Assembly (NCBI GenBank): GCA_951406725.2
Contig: OX597820.1
Span: 107,818,001-107,882,000, forward strand
Length of the DNA: 64,000 nt
Origin: Octopus vulgaris
Lineage: Eukaryota
Reading direction: 5' to 3'
The position numbers and the translations under genes were made by a program. This document shows positions 45,960 to 60,206 of the stretch, piece by piece (position 1 is the first letter of the stretch; every line of letters begins with the position of its first letter). The notes under the pieces were generated by a model. It saw nothing but the letters and a program-made list of their open reading frames with translations. It had not been told where the DNA came from and made no database searches.

Positions 45960-48306
45960 ACATGATTAGAGATTTAGGGACATCCTCATCAAGAAATTTG
46001 ATGAGAGGGAGGAGAATCTACAGACTCCAGAAAAGAAGTTTGCCAATGTTTAGCGATGTGCGGGTCAAAGAACTGAAGTATTTTGGATAGCAAGACAGTG
46101 TGTGAGAGAAAATTGTGATGTCACAGGAGAGAAATGTGTCAGCATGGATGATGGTGCACTTGCTTTTAATGATTCAGAAAAGAAAGAGGCTTGGAGAAGC
46201 CGTTATGAAAGACTGCTGAATGAATGGGAGGAGGAGAGCCTGCCAAATATTGACCAGAAGGATCAGTTATCTGAATAGACAGCACCCTGGTAGATAAAGC
46301 AAAACCCCCCCAGCCCATCAGAAATCACTACTGAGATGCTTAAAACATCTGGTGGTATGCGCTACAGCCTAGTCACCCCCATTGTAAACCAGGTAGTTCA
46401 TGATGGAGTCATACCCAATGACTGGCGTAGCAGCACCATAGTCATCTGCTACAAGGGTAAAGGTGATGCTTTAGAAAGAAATAACTACAGGGGTATTAAA
46501 CTGTTGGATCAGGTGATGGTCATGGACAAGATCATAGCCCAACTAATTAGGGAGAGAGTCTGCTTAGATGAGATGCAGTTCGGTTTTGTGCTAGGTAGAA
46601 GCACCACTGATGCTATATTCCTGGTACAGCAACTGCAGGAGAAATACCTAATAAAAGATAAACCCCTTTACTTGGATTTTGTGGATTTGGAGAAAGCCTT
46701 TGACAGGATCCCCTGATCCCTTATCTGGTGGGTGATGTGGAAACTGGGGATTGACGAACGGTTAATAAGGGCTGTACAGGCCCTATACAGAGATGCTGTT
46801 AGTAAGGTTAGGGGTGGCAATGAGTATAGTGAAGAATTCCAGGTAGAAGTAGGGGTCCACCAAGGATCAGCCACCAGGCCCCTCTTATTCATCATAGTCC
46901 TTCAGGCAATAACAGAAAAATTCAAGACAGGTTGCCCCTGGGAGCTCTTCTCTGCTGATGACCTGGCTCTCATAGCAGAATCACTACCAGAACTAGAGAA
47001 GAAATTCCAGGTGTGGAAGCAAGGTTTAGAATCAAAGGACCTTAGAGTCAATGTTGCAAAGACCAAAGTTCTAGTAAGTAGGAAGGCGAACACATCACTC
47101 ACCCCTTCAGGGATCAATCTGTAGAAAAGGTATGGATAGAAACTCCATAAGATGTACCCAGTGTATACTCTTATGGATGTATAAGAGGTGAAGTAACATC
47201 AAAGGAAGATTAACTGGGAAAATAGCTTTTGTGTGCAGCAGATGCACTGGGGCAATAAACTTCACAGATGCTCAGAAAATAGATGCCATCACATGCCAGG
47301 GGAGAAACTAGAAGCAGTTGATAGCTTCCGCTACCAAGTCGATAATGGAGGTAGATGCTAAGAGAGCATTGCCTGGGCAAAGTTCAGACAGCTTCTACTG
47401 TTGACAAAGAGCCTCTCACTCAGAGTGAAAGGTAGATTGTATGATGCATGTGTGTGAACTGCCATGCTTCATGGCAGTGTAACATAGGCTGTGACTGCTG
47501 AAGACATGCATAGGCTTGAAAGAAATGAAGCTAGCATGATCCACTGGATATGTAATGTCAGTGTGCATACACGACAGAGTGTAAGTGCCCTGAGAGAAAT
47601 GTTGAACATAAGAAGCATTGGATGCAGCATGCAAGAGAGACGTTTGCATTGGTATGGTCATGTACTATGGATGGATGAGGAGAGATGTGTGAAGAAGTGC
47701 CACTCCCAAACAGTGGAAGGAATCCGGAGTAGAGGGAGACCCAAGAAGACATGGGATGAGGTGGTGAAGCATGAACTTCAAATGTTGAGCCTCACGGAGG
47801 CAATGACAAAAGACCAAGACCTCTGGAGGTATGCTATGACTGAGAAGACCTGGCAAATAAAGTGAGATCACAGTTGTAATCTATACCAGTGTTGCATAAC
47901 CAGCCAACTCAAAAGTACCTTGGATCATAGGGCAGTATGCCATGCTTGAGGAGACCTATTGAACCAAGTACATCAATATCAAATGAAATCAAATCACAAT
48001 CAAGTGGAAATTGTAATTGTGGTCCTCGTGATGGTGGCATGTAAAAAGACACCATCCCAATGTGGTCGATGCCAGCCCCCTCACCCCGACTGGCTTCTGT
48101 GCTGGTGGCACGTAAAAAGCACTCACTACACACTCAGAGTGGTTGGCGTTAGGAAGGGCATCCAGCTGTAGAAACACTGCCTGATCAGACTAGAGTCTGG
48201 TACAGCCTCCTGGCTTTCCAAACCCCAGTCGAACCATCCAACCCATGCCAGCATGGAAAATGGACGTTAAACGACGATGACGACAATGATGATGATGATG
48301 ATGATG
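45960..48306 (+). mobile_element. RTE-clade LINE, 3' ~2.3 kb with (GAT)n tail
   Basis: YKGKGDALERNNYRGIKLL, QFGF..GRSTTDAIF, FVDLEKAFD, GVHQGS, FSADDLAL, RGRPKKTW. Same family as 10725-12172. Confidence 0.92.
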
Positions 48307-48616
48307 AAGCTGTTTTCCAGCTTTCATTATTTATATTCATCATCATCATTTAACATCAGCTTTCTATGCTGGTCTGGGTTGAACAGTTTGATTGTAAACC
48401 GGTAAGCTGGGGAGCTGCACCAAGTTCCAGAGAATATAGTTCAGTAGTTTTTGTACAAGGGAGTGCTGAAAAGTTCCTGGATTTTGTTTTTATTAATTTT
48501 TTTTTATATTTCCTGTTCTATCTGTTACAGTTGAAGACAGCACAGCCAGAGGACTGTGAAGTCTTGTACAAAGTTGTAATGAAGAGGTGGAAAATAGGAC
48601 ATTTTTGAAAAGAGAG

Positions 48617-49400
48617 AGGTCCCGTGGAAGAACTGCTGGTGGACAACGGGGCGGCGTTTCGTTTGGAAACATTGAGGGATATGCTTGACCGGTGGAAGGT
48701 GCATCGCTTGTTCAGAGCAGCATATAGGCCGAGTGGTAACGGGATCGTAGAGAGGCACCATCGGACAGTCAAGGCCATAACGGAAAGAGGGCACATTTCG
48801 CGGCTTGAAGCAGCTTTTTGGTACAACTTGTCTCCCCGATCCGGACAAGCTGAAGAATCTGTGCCGCAGAGAGCTGTATTTAAATATGAATGGAGGCACC
48901 CAAGTAAAGCGCCAAAGGGCTACGAGGAAGAGAAGGGGAGGAAGTCTGGGTTAAGCCACCAAAGGCACGCTGTACGTCTCAATGGAGCAGAGAAACGGTG
49001 ACGGCGGTCAATTCCAGAAACAACGTCTCCGTGGATGGAATACCGCGACACATCTTGGACCTTCGCAGGATTGTCGCTTCGACAGACGACGATTGTGGAG
49101 AGGGGGAGAACGAGGTGCCCAGCTTGAGAAGATCTCGACGTGCAAGGCGCCCTCCTGGTTGGATGGTGGACTACGACATGGAGTAGAGAGATTGTGATCT
49201 TTAAGATCAGGGTGGCGTGTGGGATGATGTCAGCAGCTGGGGAGCTGACCGGAAGGGGAAGCAGTGATGCGCACGCAGGGAGGGCAGGATTCTGCCTTTT
49301 TGAGGCAGGTCGCCAAGCGGGTAAGACGGCGTCAGCACGTTGTTAAGGTTGGGAGAAGCAGCTGCTATTTCTAGCGTTCGGGTTGGACTGTGTTGAAGGA
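48617..49400 (+). mobile_element. Gypsy integrase fragment, PPT and start of 3' LTR
   Basis: EELLVDNGAAF..RAAYRPSGNGIVERHHRTVK, LRRSRRARRPPGWMVDY, and purine-rich agggtggcg followed by TGT at 49218. Confidence 0.8.
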
Positions 49401-49439
49401 TCTGTTACCGCTGAAGGGTCTCCATCTGAGCGAAGAGAA

Positions 49440-52400
49440 GGTAGGTGCCTTTATTTCGAATCTCTCGCATACACCACACAAACATCAGCTCCGCTGGTGT
49501 ACTTGGATTTGGTGTCACACGATATACTCTTAAGAACTGTTGTACAGCTATCTCATCTGTGACTTCCTTATTTGATTTTATAAGGGCTCTTTTGAAGATA
49601 TCATTCTGCCTGTCCATTAGATCTAGGATGGTATGGCACCACAGTTATATGTTCTACTGTGAACGCTTCACAAAATTTTTAAAATTTGCTAGACACAAAT
49701 TGCATTCCAATGTTAGACACTTGTTTGAGATGCCAAATCTTGCAAACAGTCGAGGAGGTTGGTTTTTTACACTTGCAAATTTCAGGCCACTTTGAAAAAC
49801 TATCAACTACCACTTAATAGAACAAACCATTTAAAGGACCAGCAAAATTGATGTGTAGTCTCAACTACAGAACATCTACTTTTGGCCAAGGTTCACATTT
49901 TAGAGGGGGCAATTTTGCTGCTAGAGCACTTTCTCTACAGCCTTTCACCAAATTTTCAATTTCTCAATCCATTTTTGGCCAGTAAACGTAACTGCGCATT
50001 AAAGCTCTCATCGTTGAAATACAAGGATGTCTGATATGGAATTTTCTCAACATTTTCTTTAGTAGTGTTTCCGGTATCACTACTCTCTGTGCATACATCA
50101 GTATGCCATCATACATTGAGTATGGGTTCACAGCTTGCTTTTGTTTCGCACCAAACCTGTTCCTATTTTCTTTTATTGACTACAGTGTTCTTTTGTTTCC
50201 TTTATAAACTTGTCTTTTACCTCATTCTGCTTTATATCATCTAGGGTTACCAGCAATTCTTGTACCATGTTCCACATTACATTTTTTATTTCACTTTCAG
50301 CTCTTAGAACTGCGATTACTGCATCTTCAAATGGCTTGTAGTGTTTTGGTATCAGTCTGGAAAATCTATCTGCATGCCCTAGTTTTTTCAATGGTAAATA
50401 CTCCATTCTGTAGTCATAATTTTATAATGTAGTACCACAACGTTATAGTCTATTTGTTGTGTGTACTGGGATTTGTTTTTTGTCAGCAGCAGGCAATGGT
50501 CTGTTAGCTAACAGAAACGTCTTCCATGGATAAATCCATGGAACATCTCAACACCAAATATGATTGCCAATGCCTCTTTTCCTATCTGACTATAATTCTT
50601 TTCAGATGGCAATAACAAGCTTGACGCCATCATCATATTTATGCAGAAGTTCAGCTCCTGCACCGTACACACTTGCATCTGTAGTCAGGTACAGTTTCCA
50701 ACTTTTGGATCAAAATGTGTCAATGATAGATCCAAAGTTAAAATACTTTTCAATTCATTGAATGCCTTCTGGAATTTATCTGTCCAGCACCATTTTATAT
50801 TCTTTTTCAACAGATCATTGAGTGGAGCCCTTACATTATGTGTGTTTGGAATTTAGACTTATTAAACCCCAAAATACCTGCATGTAGTTACATTTTTCAG
50901 TATGGGCACATTTTTTAATGCCATTGCCCTTGATGGTTCCAGTTTTCTTCTGTTTTTGTCAATTACTTGTCCTAAGTATTTGATTTCATTCAACAAGAAC
51001 TTACATTTTTTCCTCTGTTAACTTGAACCCATATTCACTTATTTTCTCAAATACTCTTTTAACATGTTCAAAGTGTTGTTCCTGTGATTCTCTCTTTATT
51101 AAAATATAGTCCAGATAGGCAGTAGCGAAATCACAATCACTCAACATTGTATCTATTACTTGTTAAAATATGGTAGGAGCCACTTTTACACTGAAGTGAA
51201 GCCACTTAAATTTAAATAAGCTACAGTGTGTGCTAATTGTTAATAAATGTGAGCATTCTTCTTCTACTTGAATTTGTAGATATGCTGCTGAGATGTCTAA
51301 TTTTGAGAAGAATTTCCTTCCATTCAATTTTGCAAACACTTCCTCCGGCCTCGGCAATGGGTAGTTATGTGTAACTAAACAATCATTCAACCCTGTTGAA
51401 AGATCTACACAAACTCTTAGTTTGTTATTCTTCTTTTTAACAAACTAGTCTGAGTGGTCCGTCTTTTCAGTTATACTAAGACTTTCCAGTCTTTCCACTT
51501 CTTTGTTAACCTGGTCTCTTGCTGCAAAAGGTTCATTTCGTTTTAGCCTAAAGACTGGTGTTGCACTTTGTTTTATAGCAATCTTAGCTTTTGTTTTTGT
51601 AGAACAACCCTGTTCTCTCAAAAAAACATCTGGAAATAATTTTTTAATTCTTTGTTTCAGTCCTTCAGCCTCATTTGAACCTTTGACTGACCCAACTATA
51701 TTTCCACACAGAAAACTTAGGGGCATTCACTGAAAAATATAATCTTTTCCTCATAACACTATGTGCTGTCTTTTCCGATTGAAATAATTTCAACTTACTG
51801 ACATATTTCCAAGTTTTTTTGTTTATAATGGTGATATCATTACCAGTGTCCAACTGCATTTTAACATTTGTATTTCTGATTTTCACCTTCACAAATTTCC
51901 TTATCGTTATATTAACAATTTCTTCCGATGAGATACTATTCATTCTTTTTCCTTTCTTCTGACGTTTTGTCACCTTTGTATATATCTCCTATATTTCCAC
52001 AACAAAAGTACTCTGCATTTTTAAATGGACAATAATTCCTCAGGTGTATACCTCCATATGCAAAACATGGGTTTGTTTCCTGATTTTTGTTGTGTTTCTT
52101 AGGAAACACTTCATCTCAATTCTGACTATTTTGCACCAGCTTTACTTAGAAACAATCCTTACATTCAATTTCCTCAGTGTCATGTCTTAATTTGACTATC
52201 CTTTCACATTCTTTTAACACTTTACATCCTGGTTTTGTTCCATCTTTGCAAAAATTCTAGTTCTAACCTCTGCGTCCTTTTTGGCAGTTAGTCCCTGTGT
52301 AAAAATCAGACATATGAATATATATGGCGTTAATTCATCCAGTTTAAATGTCTTTCATTTCCTGTTTTACTCTACCAGCCTATCTGATGTAGTCCTCGCT

Positions 52401-53075
52401 TTTGTTTTTCTCTATGTTCAAATACTTCCATGTATTGAACAATGAGCTTTCTTCACTGAAAATTTTACACGATATATCTATTGTGTCATTAAAGTTTATG
52501 TCCAAAGATTTTCTTGGGAGTACATAATTACTGTATCATTCATGTTCTATTTCCACCAGTTTTCTCAAGATTAAGCATATTTTCATCTCGTTATCCCAAT
52601 CTTTACATTCTTTATCATAGATTTGCTTATATCTTCTGTAGTATACTTCAAAGGTAACTCTTTCGTCATATTTGTATTTGATCTCTGTTATGAAATTTGA
52701 GACATAGTCTGTCAAGAACGCTTTTTCTGATTTTCCTGATGACTTCAGTAATTGCAGCATTTGTTGCTGTAATATTATCTGCTGTTGTTGTTGCTTCTGC
52801 TGTTGCAGTTTTTGTAACTCGAGCAAACCTGCCAGCAAATTTTCCATGCTTTTACAATTTTTCATAAAATTTGTCCACTAACTTTGTGAGTTTATTAACT
52901 CTTCTTCCAGTTTCTATTAACTCTATGTGAATTGGTTTATCCTTGTCTCCACTGTTATAATCCTTATAAGATTGGATTGTTATAACACCCACTTTAGTAT
53001 ACAGTATACTTAGTAAAACTAGTAAAGACACGACTATCTCCGATCACCTAATAGTACTCTCTTTACTTATAGTGA
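49440..53075 (-). mobile_element. Gypsy element (Mag/K02A2.6-like), decayed gag-pol with PBS and 5' LTR remnant
   Basis: Gag ~52000-52865, LDTGND protease, YPLPRPEEVFAKLNG..FSKLDISAAYLQI RT, GHADRFSRL, and FLRVYRVTPN..PAELMF integrase. The minus strand reads ..ataACA-g-TGGAGACAAGG (LTR end at 52953 followed by a PBS-like motif). Confidence 0.85.
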
Positions 53076-53094
53076 CTAGATTATTCCATTCGTC

Positions 53095-55290
53095 ATGTTG
53101 GAGGGGTGTACCATTATTACTAATTCCCTACAACACAATCTGAAGGGTGTATTTGGTCCAGAACCTATTCTCTCTAACGATGGAACAAAACTCTTAAGTA
53201 CCAAAGATGAAATTCTGAAGAGATGTATTAAATCAAGAATCCACTTGGAAGAGATAAGTACTGCTTTCAAAAAACTTTTCAATGATAAAGCTCCTGGACA
53301 ATATGATATTCCCATACAGGTTTACAAGCACGGTGGCAGACAACTTGCAAGTAAGTTGCAAAAATTTATCTGTTTGATCTGGGAGACTGGATCTGTTCCT
53401 CAACAGTTCAAAGATGCATCTATAATGTACTTGTTCAAAAACAAGGGGGAATAAGAGTGTATGTGATAATCACAGGGGAATAAGCTTGTTGTGCATAGCT
53501 GGAAAAATTCTTGCAAGAGTGATCCTTAACTGCATCAATAGACATGCAATAAACAGCATATATTTTTTAACCCCTTACCCGGCAGAAACGAATATATGCG
53601 TTTTGACCGAAATCGTTTTTTTCTATCTCTGGCGAGTTAACTCGTCAAAAGATAGACTCGCCAAAATCGACAGCAAACGAGTTCCTTTGTCTATTATAAA
53701 CTCTTTTTTGACATATACGAGTATATTCCGCTCACTTTATATGTCTGGCAGTGACAATGAGTCCTTTTGATTTTTTTTCTTTGTATATAGATGAAAGAGT
53801 TATAGAGCATGTATTGACTGAAACTAATAAAAAATATGTCTGAAAAAATATATTTATTTTCAAAATAATTGTTGGGTAAGGGGTTAATGTAGATTTCAAG
53901 CTGGGAGAGGCACTATTGACATGATATTTGCCTTCCAACAAGAGAAAGCATGTGAACAAAATACTGACTTGTACATGGTCTTTGTCAACTTGGCCAAGGC
54001 CTTTGATACAGAGAATCATGAGGTGCTCTGGAAAATTTTGTCAAAAGCTGGACTTCCTAATCAGATGATAAGGGTAATAGCATCCTTACATAAAGGAATG
54101 GTGGCAACAGTGATATCTGGTAGTCAATGTTTAGAAGCATTTTCTTTTGTCACTGGAATCAAACAGGGATGTGTTTTAGCCCCTGCACTTTTTTCCATAT
54201 TCTTTTCAATGGTCCTTCAACATGCTTTCAGGGATTACCATGGTGTAAAAATCCAGTTTTGCACAGAAGGAGGTTTATTAAATCTGAAAGAAAAGTTTCA
54301 GATCAAAGAAAACGACCAAAGAAGAGATTTTGCATGATTTTCTGTTTGCTGGTGATTGTGCTTTGATTTCTCACATATTTGAAGGAATTCAGTCAACAGG
54401 TTTGCTGTGGCAGCATCAAGAAGACGAAAGAAGACTACCAGCATCAAGAAGACGAAAGTCTGATTCCAACCAAGGCCTGTGGCAGGACATACTCAAGACT
54501 CAAATGTGATGATAGACAACATGCCACTCAAATGGATTAGGTCATTTAAATATCTTCAAAGTACAGTAAACTTTAAGAGTACTCTCAATGATGGAATCAA
54601 AGTTAGAATATCTAAAACTACAAGTGCTTTTGGAAAACTTTCCCATCATTTGTGGGATGAATATGATGTCAGTTGGAAAACTAAAATAAGTAAATACAAA
54701 TCTTGTATTTTGAGCACACTTTTCTATGGGAAGAAGCATAGACTCCCAACTACAGACATATAAAATAACTCAAAACCTTTCACATGTGCTGTTTGCACAA
54801 CATATGCTACATAAAATGGCAAGATAAGATATCCAATGTCAAAATCTTAGAAAATTGTGATATTTCCAGTATCCAAAGCATGCTGCTGAGAATTTGGTGC
54901 AGATGAGTAGGACATGTTGTTCAGATGAAAAATGACCGCATTCGAAAAATTCTTCTGTGTAGTCAACAAGTGGAGAGATATTGTGACAAAGGAAGACCTG
55001 TCCTTAGGTATAAGGATAAGTTGAAGCAATAACTAAAATCTCTTCAGCTTAATTTGACATCTTGGGAAAGTCATTGTCTGGGTCAATCAGTATGGTGTAA
55101 GATTTGTCACAATGCATCCAAACAATTTGAATTGAAGAAAAAGAACAATAGAAGAAATATATCTTACAAGCAACAGACACATTTGGATAATCCCAGGCAA
55201 AATCAAAATCATCAATATCTCCATTGCAATTTCATAGCAAAATCCATACCTAGACTCAAATTACATTCACGCATCCATTGCAAATAGATG
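53095..55290 (+). mobile_element. RTE-clade LINE remnant, interrupted by a piggyBac MITE
   Basis: KAPGQYDIP, VPQQFKDASIMYLFKNKG, CIAGKILAR, FVNLAKAFDT, GIKQGCVLAPALF, FKYL, and a terminal C2H2-like remnant. Confidence 0.88.
53571..53883 (+). mobile_element. piggyBac-derived non-autonomous element, 313 bp
   Basis: TTAA on both sides (53567-53570 and 53884-53887), TIRs CCCCTTACCCggca / tgttGGGTAAGGGG, and an internal SPFDFFSLYIDERVIEHVLTETNKKY piggyBac transposase-like remnant (~53760-53838). Confidence 0.88.
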
Positions 55291-55747
55291 CAGCTTAGTG
55301 TTTCGTTTTTGTTTTCTTTCTTTACTCTCTTTAATTTTAAGTCCTCTCTTTTGTCAAAACTGACAGGAGCAACCATCATTATTATTATGCTTCTAATAAA
55401 CATCATTTTAATTATAACTTCTAATGGTAAACATTTTCCCTGTTAAGTTCCCTTTAAGGACTTATATAGTAAAATTTTTTTAACTTTTATATTTTTTATA
55501 TGTATGCATTTTTATTTAACTTAATATTTCTTAGTATAACGACAATTAATCTGTATTACATTCTCTTAATGTTTGCATGACACCTAACAGATTCTCTTGT
55601 GTTTGGGAGGTGGGGGCACAAATCAAGTATTATGATATTGTAAATCATTGCCTTGTAGCAGAGCTACACAACTGAGGCATAGTAATATGTGACCAGAGGC
55701 ACTACAGTTGACCTGCACAGCAGACAAATATATCAATGATGCAGCTA

Positions 55748-55834
55748 ACCTCGCTTTGATACACTAGCCTCACTTTAATACACTAGCCTTGCTCTGATAC
55801 AGTTGCCTCATTCTGATACACTAGCCTCATTCTG
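55748..55834. repeat. ~19-20-bp minisatellite, about 4 units
   Basis: Units of the form gatacactagcctcattct. Confidence 0.75.
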
Positions 55835-56515
55835 TGCTACACAGTAGAAACGCTCTCAGTTCCATCTTCACTGCAGCTCCATGCGCAATCTCCCATGTGT
55901 GTTACTCACATATCTATTCACCTCAACAAAAATATATGATTTGTAAATGAAGATATTTTGTTATCACACACATTCATTCTCAAAATACAAATATTATATG
56001 TTACTTCTTTCAGTGCAAAAGCAAAAATCAAAACTTTCTTTATATGTAAACACACATTTTTGTATCATACTACATGCTTCCACCACAAAAGGTGAACGCA
56101 GAATAAGCAATATATTTATACACAAAGATGTTTTGTGGTGATTTGTACTAACTGTTTTTCCATTTAATAACACACATTTGAACAGCCAATGACAGCTGCT
56201 ATAGCCTGATTGTAAATGATTAATGATGTAGATAAATGTTGACCATACCTATTTTCTTGATTGAGCTGTTTAAAGGTGTTTAATTGGCTGAATTCCTTAT
56301 TCAACCCCTCCTGATATAACTAAAGTGTATTTCTCCTATGGTTCTGTGGTTTTAATTCACATGTAGTCAATTTTTGTCATGTTAGCAATCAGAATGCCTG
56401 ATGAAATGGCTGATATTTTTGTATGACATAACACACAAATTATGAATAAAATTCCATGCTATTGAAACATACATAGCATGGATTGAACTCCATTGCCCAT
56501 TCATCTCCTTTTATT

Positions 56516-56566
<51 letters not shown>

Positions 56567-57422
56567 CAAGAATGAAAAATGAAGGCACAGTAATCCTAGA
56601 ATTTTCTCAAGTAGTAAACCTAGAAATGTACAGAACAATTAGTAATTAAGCCTGGAAAAGTAAAGGACAAGAAGAAACAAACTTAAAATATTGCTGCTGA
56701 AGTTAGAATTTAAAAACTAAAATAGTAATAAATGCCCATTTATATTTTTTATTTTTATATAAAAGTTTAAGATGCTATTTATTTATAGCAATAATAAATC
56801 TCTGAACGGGATGTAAACAGTAACTGCTCGACAACGAGCCATCTCAATACTAGTAACACCCACCCTTAGTGGTTAGCCATATTGAGATGGCTGGTATACT
56901 TTATTTATTTATAATTTTAGTGAAAGGACTAGACTTAATTGCCTCCAAGTTTACACACTAAAAAAATTTGAAATTACAAATTTATAAATTTTAAGAATCA
57001 CATAATAACAATTTAAACAAAATTTACAATTATAACCCTAAGTTTTTTATGAAAAGCTAAAAACATTTCTACATTTTTCACTCAATTTCTTCATTAGCTT
57101 TCATTTCTTAAAAATATTTTTCTAACTGTAAATAGAAAATAGTTTGTTGTCTGATAATACAAACTTTAAAGAAATTAATTCTTATGTTTTTTTAAAAGAA
57201 AAGTTTTACTATATTTTGCTATTTTGAATTACATTTATTCATTCTACAGCAGTTTCATTTTGAAATACATGTGTGATTGGTATTTTTGGGATAATGAGTC
57301 TTTAAGAAAAAAATATATATATAGTACTAAAAATAAGAAAGAAATGTTTTAGTTTAATTCAAAGAAATTTTTAAATCAAAAATATTAACCTAACTAAGTA
57401 AATATATATATATATATATATA

Positions 57423-58630
57423 CAGGGGTTGGACAAAATAATGGAAACACCTTGAAATTTCAAGCAAATTTATTTTAATATGGGGTAGGACAGTTTTTTG
57501 CTGTAATTACAGCTTGAATTCGTACAAAGTTTGAATAGTTTTCAAAGTAATTTTTGTCCATTCTTCAGCTAGAACAGTATCCAGTTCTTGTAGTGATGAT
57601 GGTGGAGGATATCGACTCTTCGCTTGTTTTTCTAAAATGCACCATAAATGTTCAATAATATTGAGATCTGGAGACTGTGGTGGCCAGATAAGATGATCAA
57701 CTTCACTAGAATGTTCCTCATGTCATTCAGTAGCAACTTTAGCTGTGTGAATTGATGCATTATTATCCTGAAAGATTGCGTTCCCCTCAAGAAATAGTTC
57801 CTCAAACATAAGATGAATTTGATCAAATAAAATGCTTAAATAGTCTTGACTATTAATTCTGCTATGAAGGGAAACCATTGGGCCGGTGGATTTCCAAGAT
57901 ACACCCCCCCCCCCCCCATCATCACAGATCCTCCTCCATGTTTAACAGCTGGAAGAAGGCAATCAGGGTCAAATACTTCTTTTGGCTGTTTCCACATGTA
58001 TACTTGGCTGGTGGTTGGAAATAAGGTAAAAGATGACTCATCCGAGAAAATAACATTTTCCCATTGCTCAAGGGACCAATTCTGTATGTTTTTACTCCAC
58101 TCTAAATGCTTTGCAACGTTTGTTTTTGAAAGTAGTAGTTTTCTGATTGCAGCCCTCCCGTGAAATCACGGGTTTGTGCACCTCTTGACGAACAGTTTTT
58201 ATGGAAACTGGGTTCTTGAGGTGGTTATTAAACAGTGTAGTAATTTTGGGAGCTGTACTTTTGTGATCCTTTCTAACAATTCCCATAAGAGTCTGATGGT
58301 CCCTATCTGAAAGCTTTGGTTTTCTTCCGGAGTTTTGTTTTGACAAGGAGGTTTTTTTCCTTCTTTCTCAAAGAGAAAGTACTTCTTGATACACCAAACA
58401 TTTTGGCTGTTTTCATTATGCTAGCACCTGCCATTTGAGCACCGACAATCTGACCTCTTTGAAAGTTCGATAGATCTGTCATTTTAAGGAATCTTAATTA
58501 CCTTTTTCTGATGATATCTGAAAAGAAACAGCAATTTTAGCAAAACATATCAAGCAACACTAATAATAAATCAAAAAACATAAAAATAAACAAGCTTTTG
58601 GCGTTTTATAGATATTTCAAAATTATGATA
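57423..58630 (-). mobile_element. Tc1-like transposon, one TIR visible
   Basis: TA|CAGGGGTTGGACAAAATAATGGAAACACC end. Transposase from the ATG at 58482 (MTDLSNFQRGQIVGA), with SGRKPKLSDRD, FSDESSF, FQDNNASIH and WPPQSPDLNIIEHLW spread across frames. Confidence 0.9.
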
Positions 58631-58659
58631 TATACATGACGTTGAACGATGATGATGAT

Positions 58660-59722
58660 GATGGTGATTGTTGTTGGCATCCTTTTTGTCTCGGGAAACA
58701 ATGGAGTTGCGCATAAAATAATCTAGTCCAGCTTTTACATTTCATGTCCTAATACATCTCCTGCTGTGGCTGTGTAGTCCTATCCTGGACAAACACACCC
58801 TCTGGCAGGTGCCGCAAATATAGCTAAGACTTTGCCTGGCTGGTTGTAATGTCACAGTTTCTTGTTGATGTCTTTTTTTGTCTTTCCATTTCTCCTCTCT
58901 CTCTCTCTGTCACTCCTTTGTATTCCCTCTTTTACGGTACGTCGCCAATCTCCACGGTTGCTGGTAACTGCTTCCCAGTTGGTAATATTGATGTCGCAGG
59001 CCTTCATGTTCCTTTTGCAAACATCCTTGAATCGTAAAAACTGTCAACCCACAGACCAAGTGCCCCTAGCAAGCTCTCCATAGAGTATGTCCTTGGGGAT
59101 TCTGCCATCTTCCAAATGGATAACATGTCCAAGCCATCTCATACGTCTTTGTGTGAGGAGTGCAAACATGCTTGGTATTCCTGCTTGCTTGAGGACATGA
59201 TTCTGCCATTTGATGCGAAGGATTTTCCAGAGGCAGCGCAGGTGAAAGATATTTAGGCAACGCTCTTGGCGTGTGTATGGCGTCCAAGTCTCACTTCCAT
59301 ACAGTAGAGTGCTAAGTACATATGCCTGGTAAATCTTCATTCTTGAGGTCTTGGTCAGCTTATTGTTGTCCCATGCCCATTTGGAGAGTTGGGCCATCAC
59401 AGCATCTGCCTTGCCAATGCGTATATTGAGCTCAGCATCAAGGGATAGGTTGTAGGTGACGGTAGAGCCAAGATAGGCAAACTTCTCCACCTCCTGTAAT
59501 CTGTGGTCTCCAATATGTATGTTTGGGATGTACGATGTAGCCTGACCCATGATGTTGGTTTCTTGAGGCTGATAACTAAGCCAAAGTTGCTACATGCTTG
59601 CTCAAAATAGTTGATGAGCCTTTGTAGGGCTTCTTCTGTGTGTGATACCAGAGCGGCATCATCAGCAAATAGCATCTCCTTGATCAGGACGCTTCTGATT
59701 TTGGTCTTGGCACACAGACGCG
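58660..59722 (-). mobile_element. RTE/BovB-like LINE 3' fragment
   Basis: MLFADDAALVSHTEEALQ, FAYLGST, LLYGSETW, RRMRWLGHV..GRIPKDILYGEL, and a terminal Cys/His finger. Confidence 0.88.
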
Positions 59723-60206
59723 ATATATATATATAAAACAAAACAGTGCACACAATATTTAATGAACAATTTCAGAAATTTACATAACAAATTAGCTTCA
59801 AAAGCAATTTTCTAATTATTTTTTCCTTCTTGTCCTGTACTTTTTCAGGTTCAATACTTAAGAATATTCTAGGATTCTGCACCTGCAGTTTTCATTCTAG
59901 TCTACTTTTCTTCCAGACAATGTTTCTATTATTATAATTAATAATATTTTCCTTTATAACTGAACCAACATGATACTATTGTAAATATTACATGCAGTCT
60001 CATTCGTTCCCAATGTTCTGCTAAATACATGTCTGGCCATGGAGAAATATTACCTTGCATGGAAACAGGTGAGAGTTAGTGACAAGAAGAGTATCCAACC
60101 ATAGAAAATCTTTTTCAATAAATTCTTTTTGATCCATGTAAGCATGGAAAAGTGAATACTAAAATGATGATGGATCCATCACATTGAATAGATGTAAAAA
60201 ATTGTA

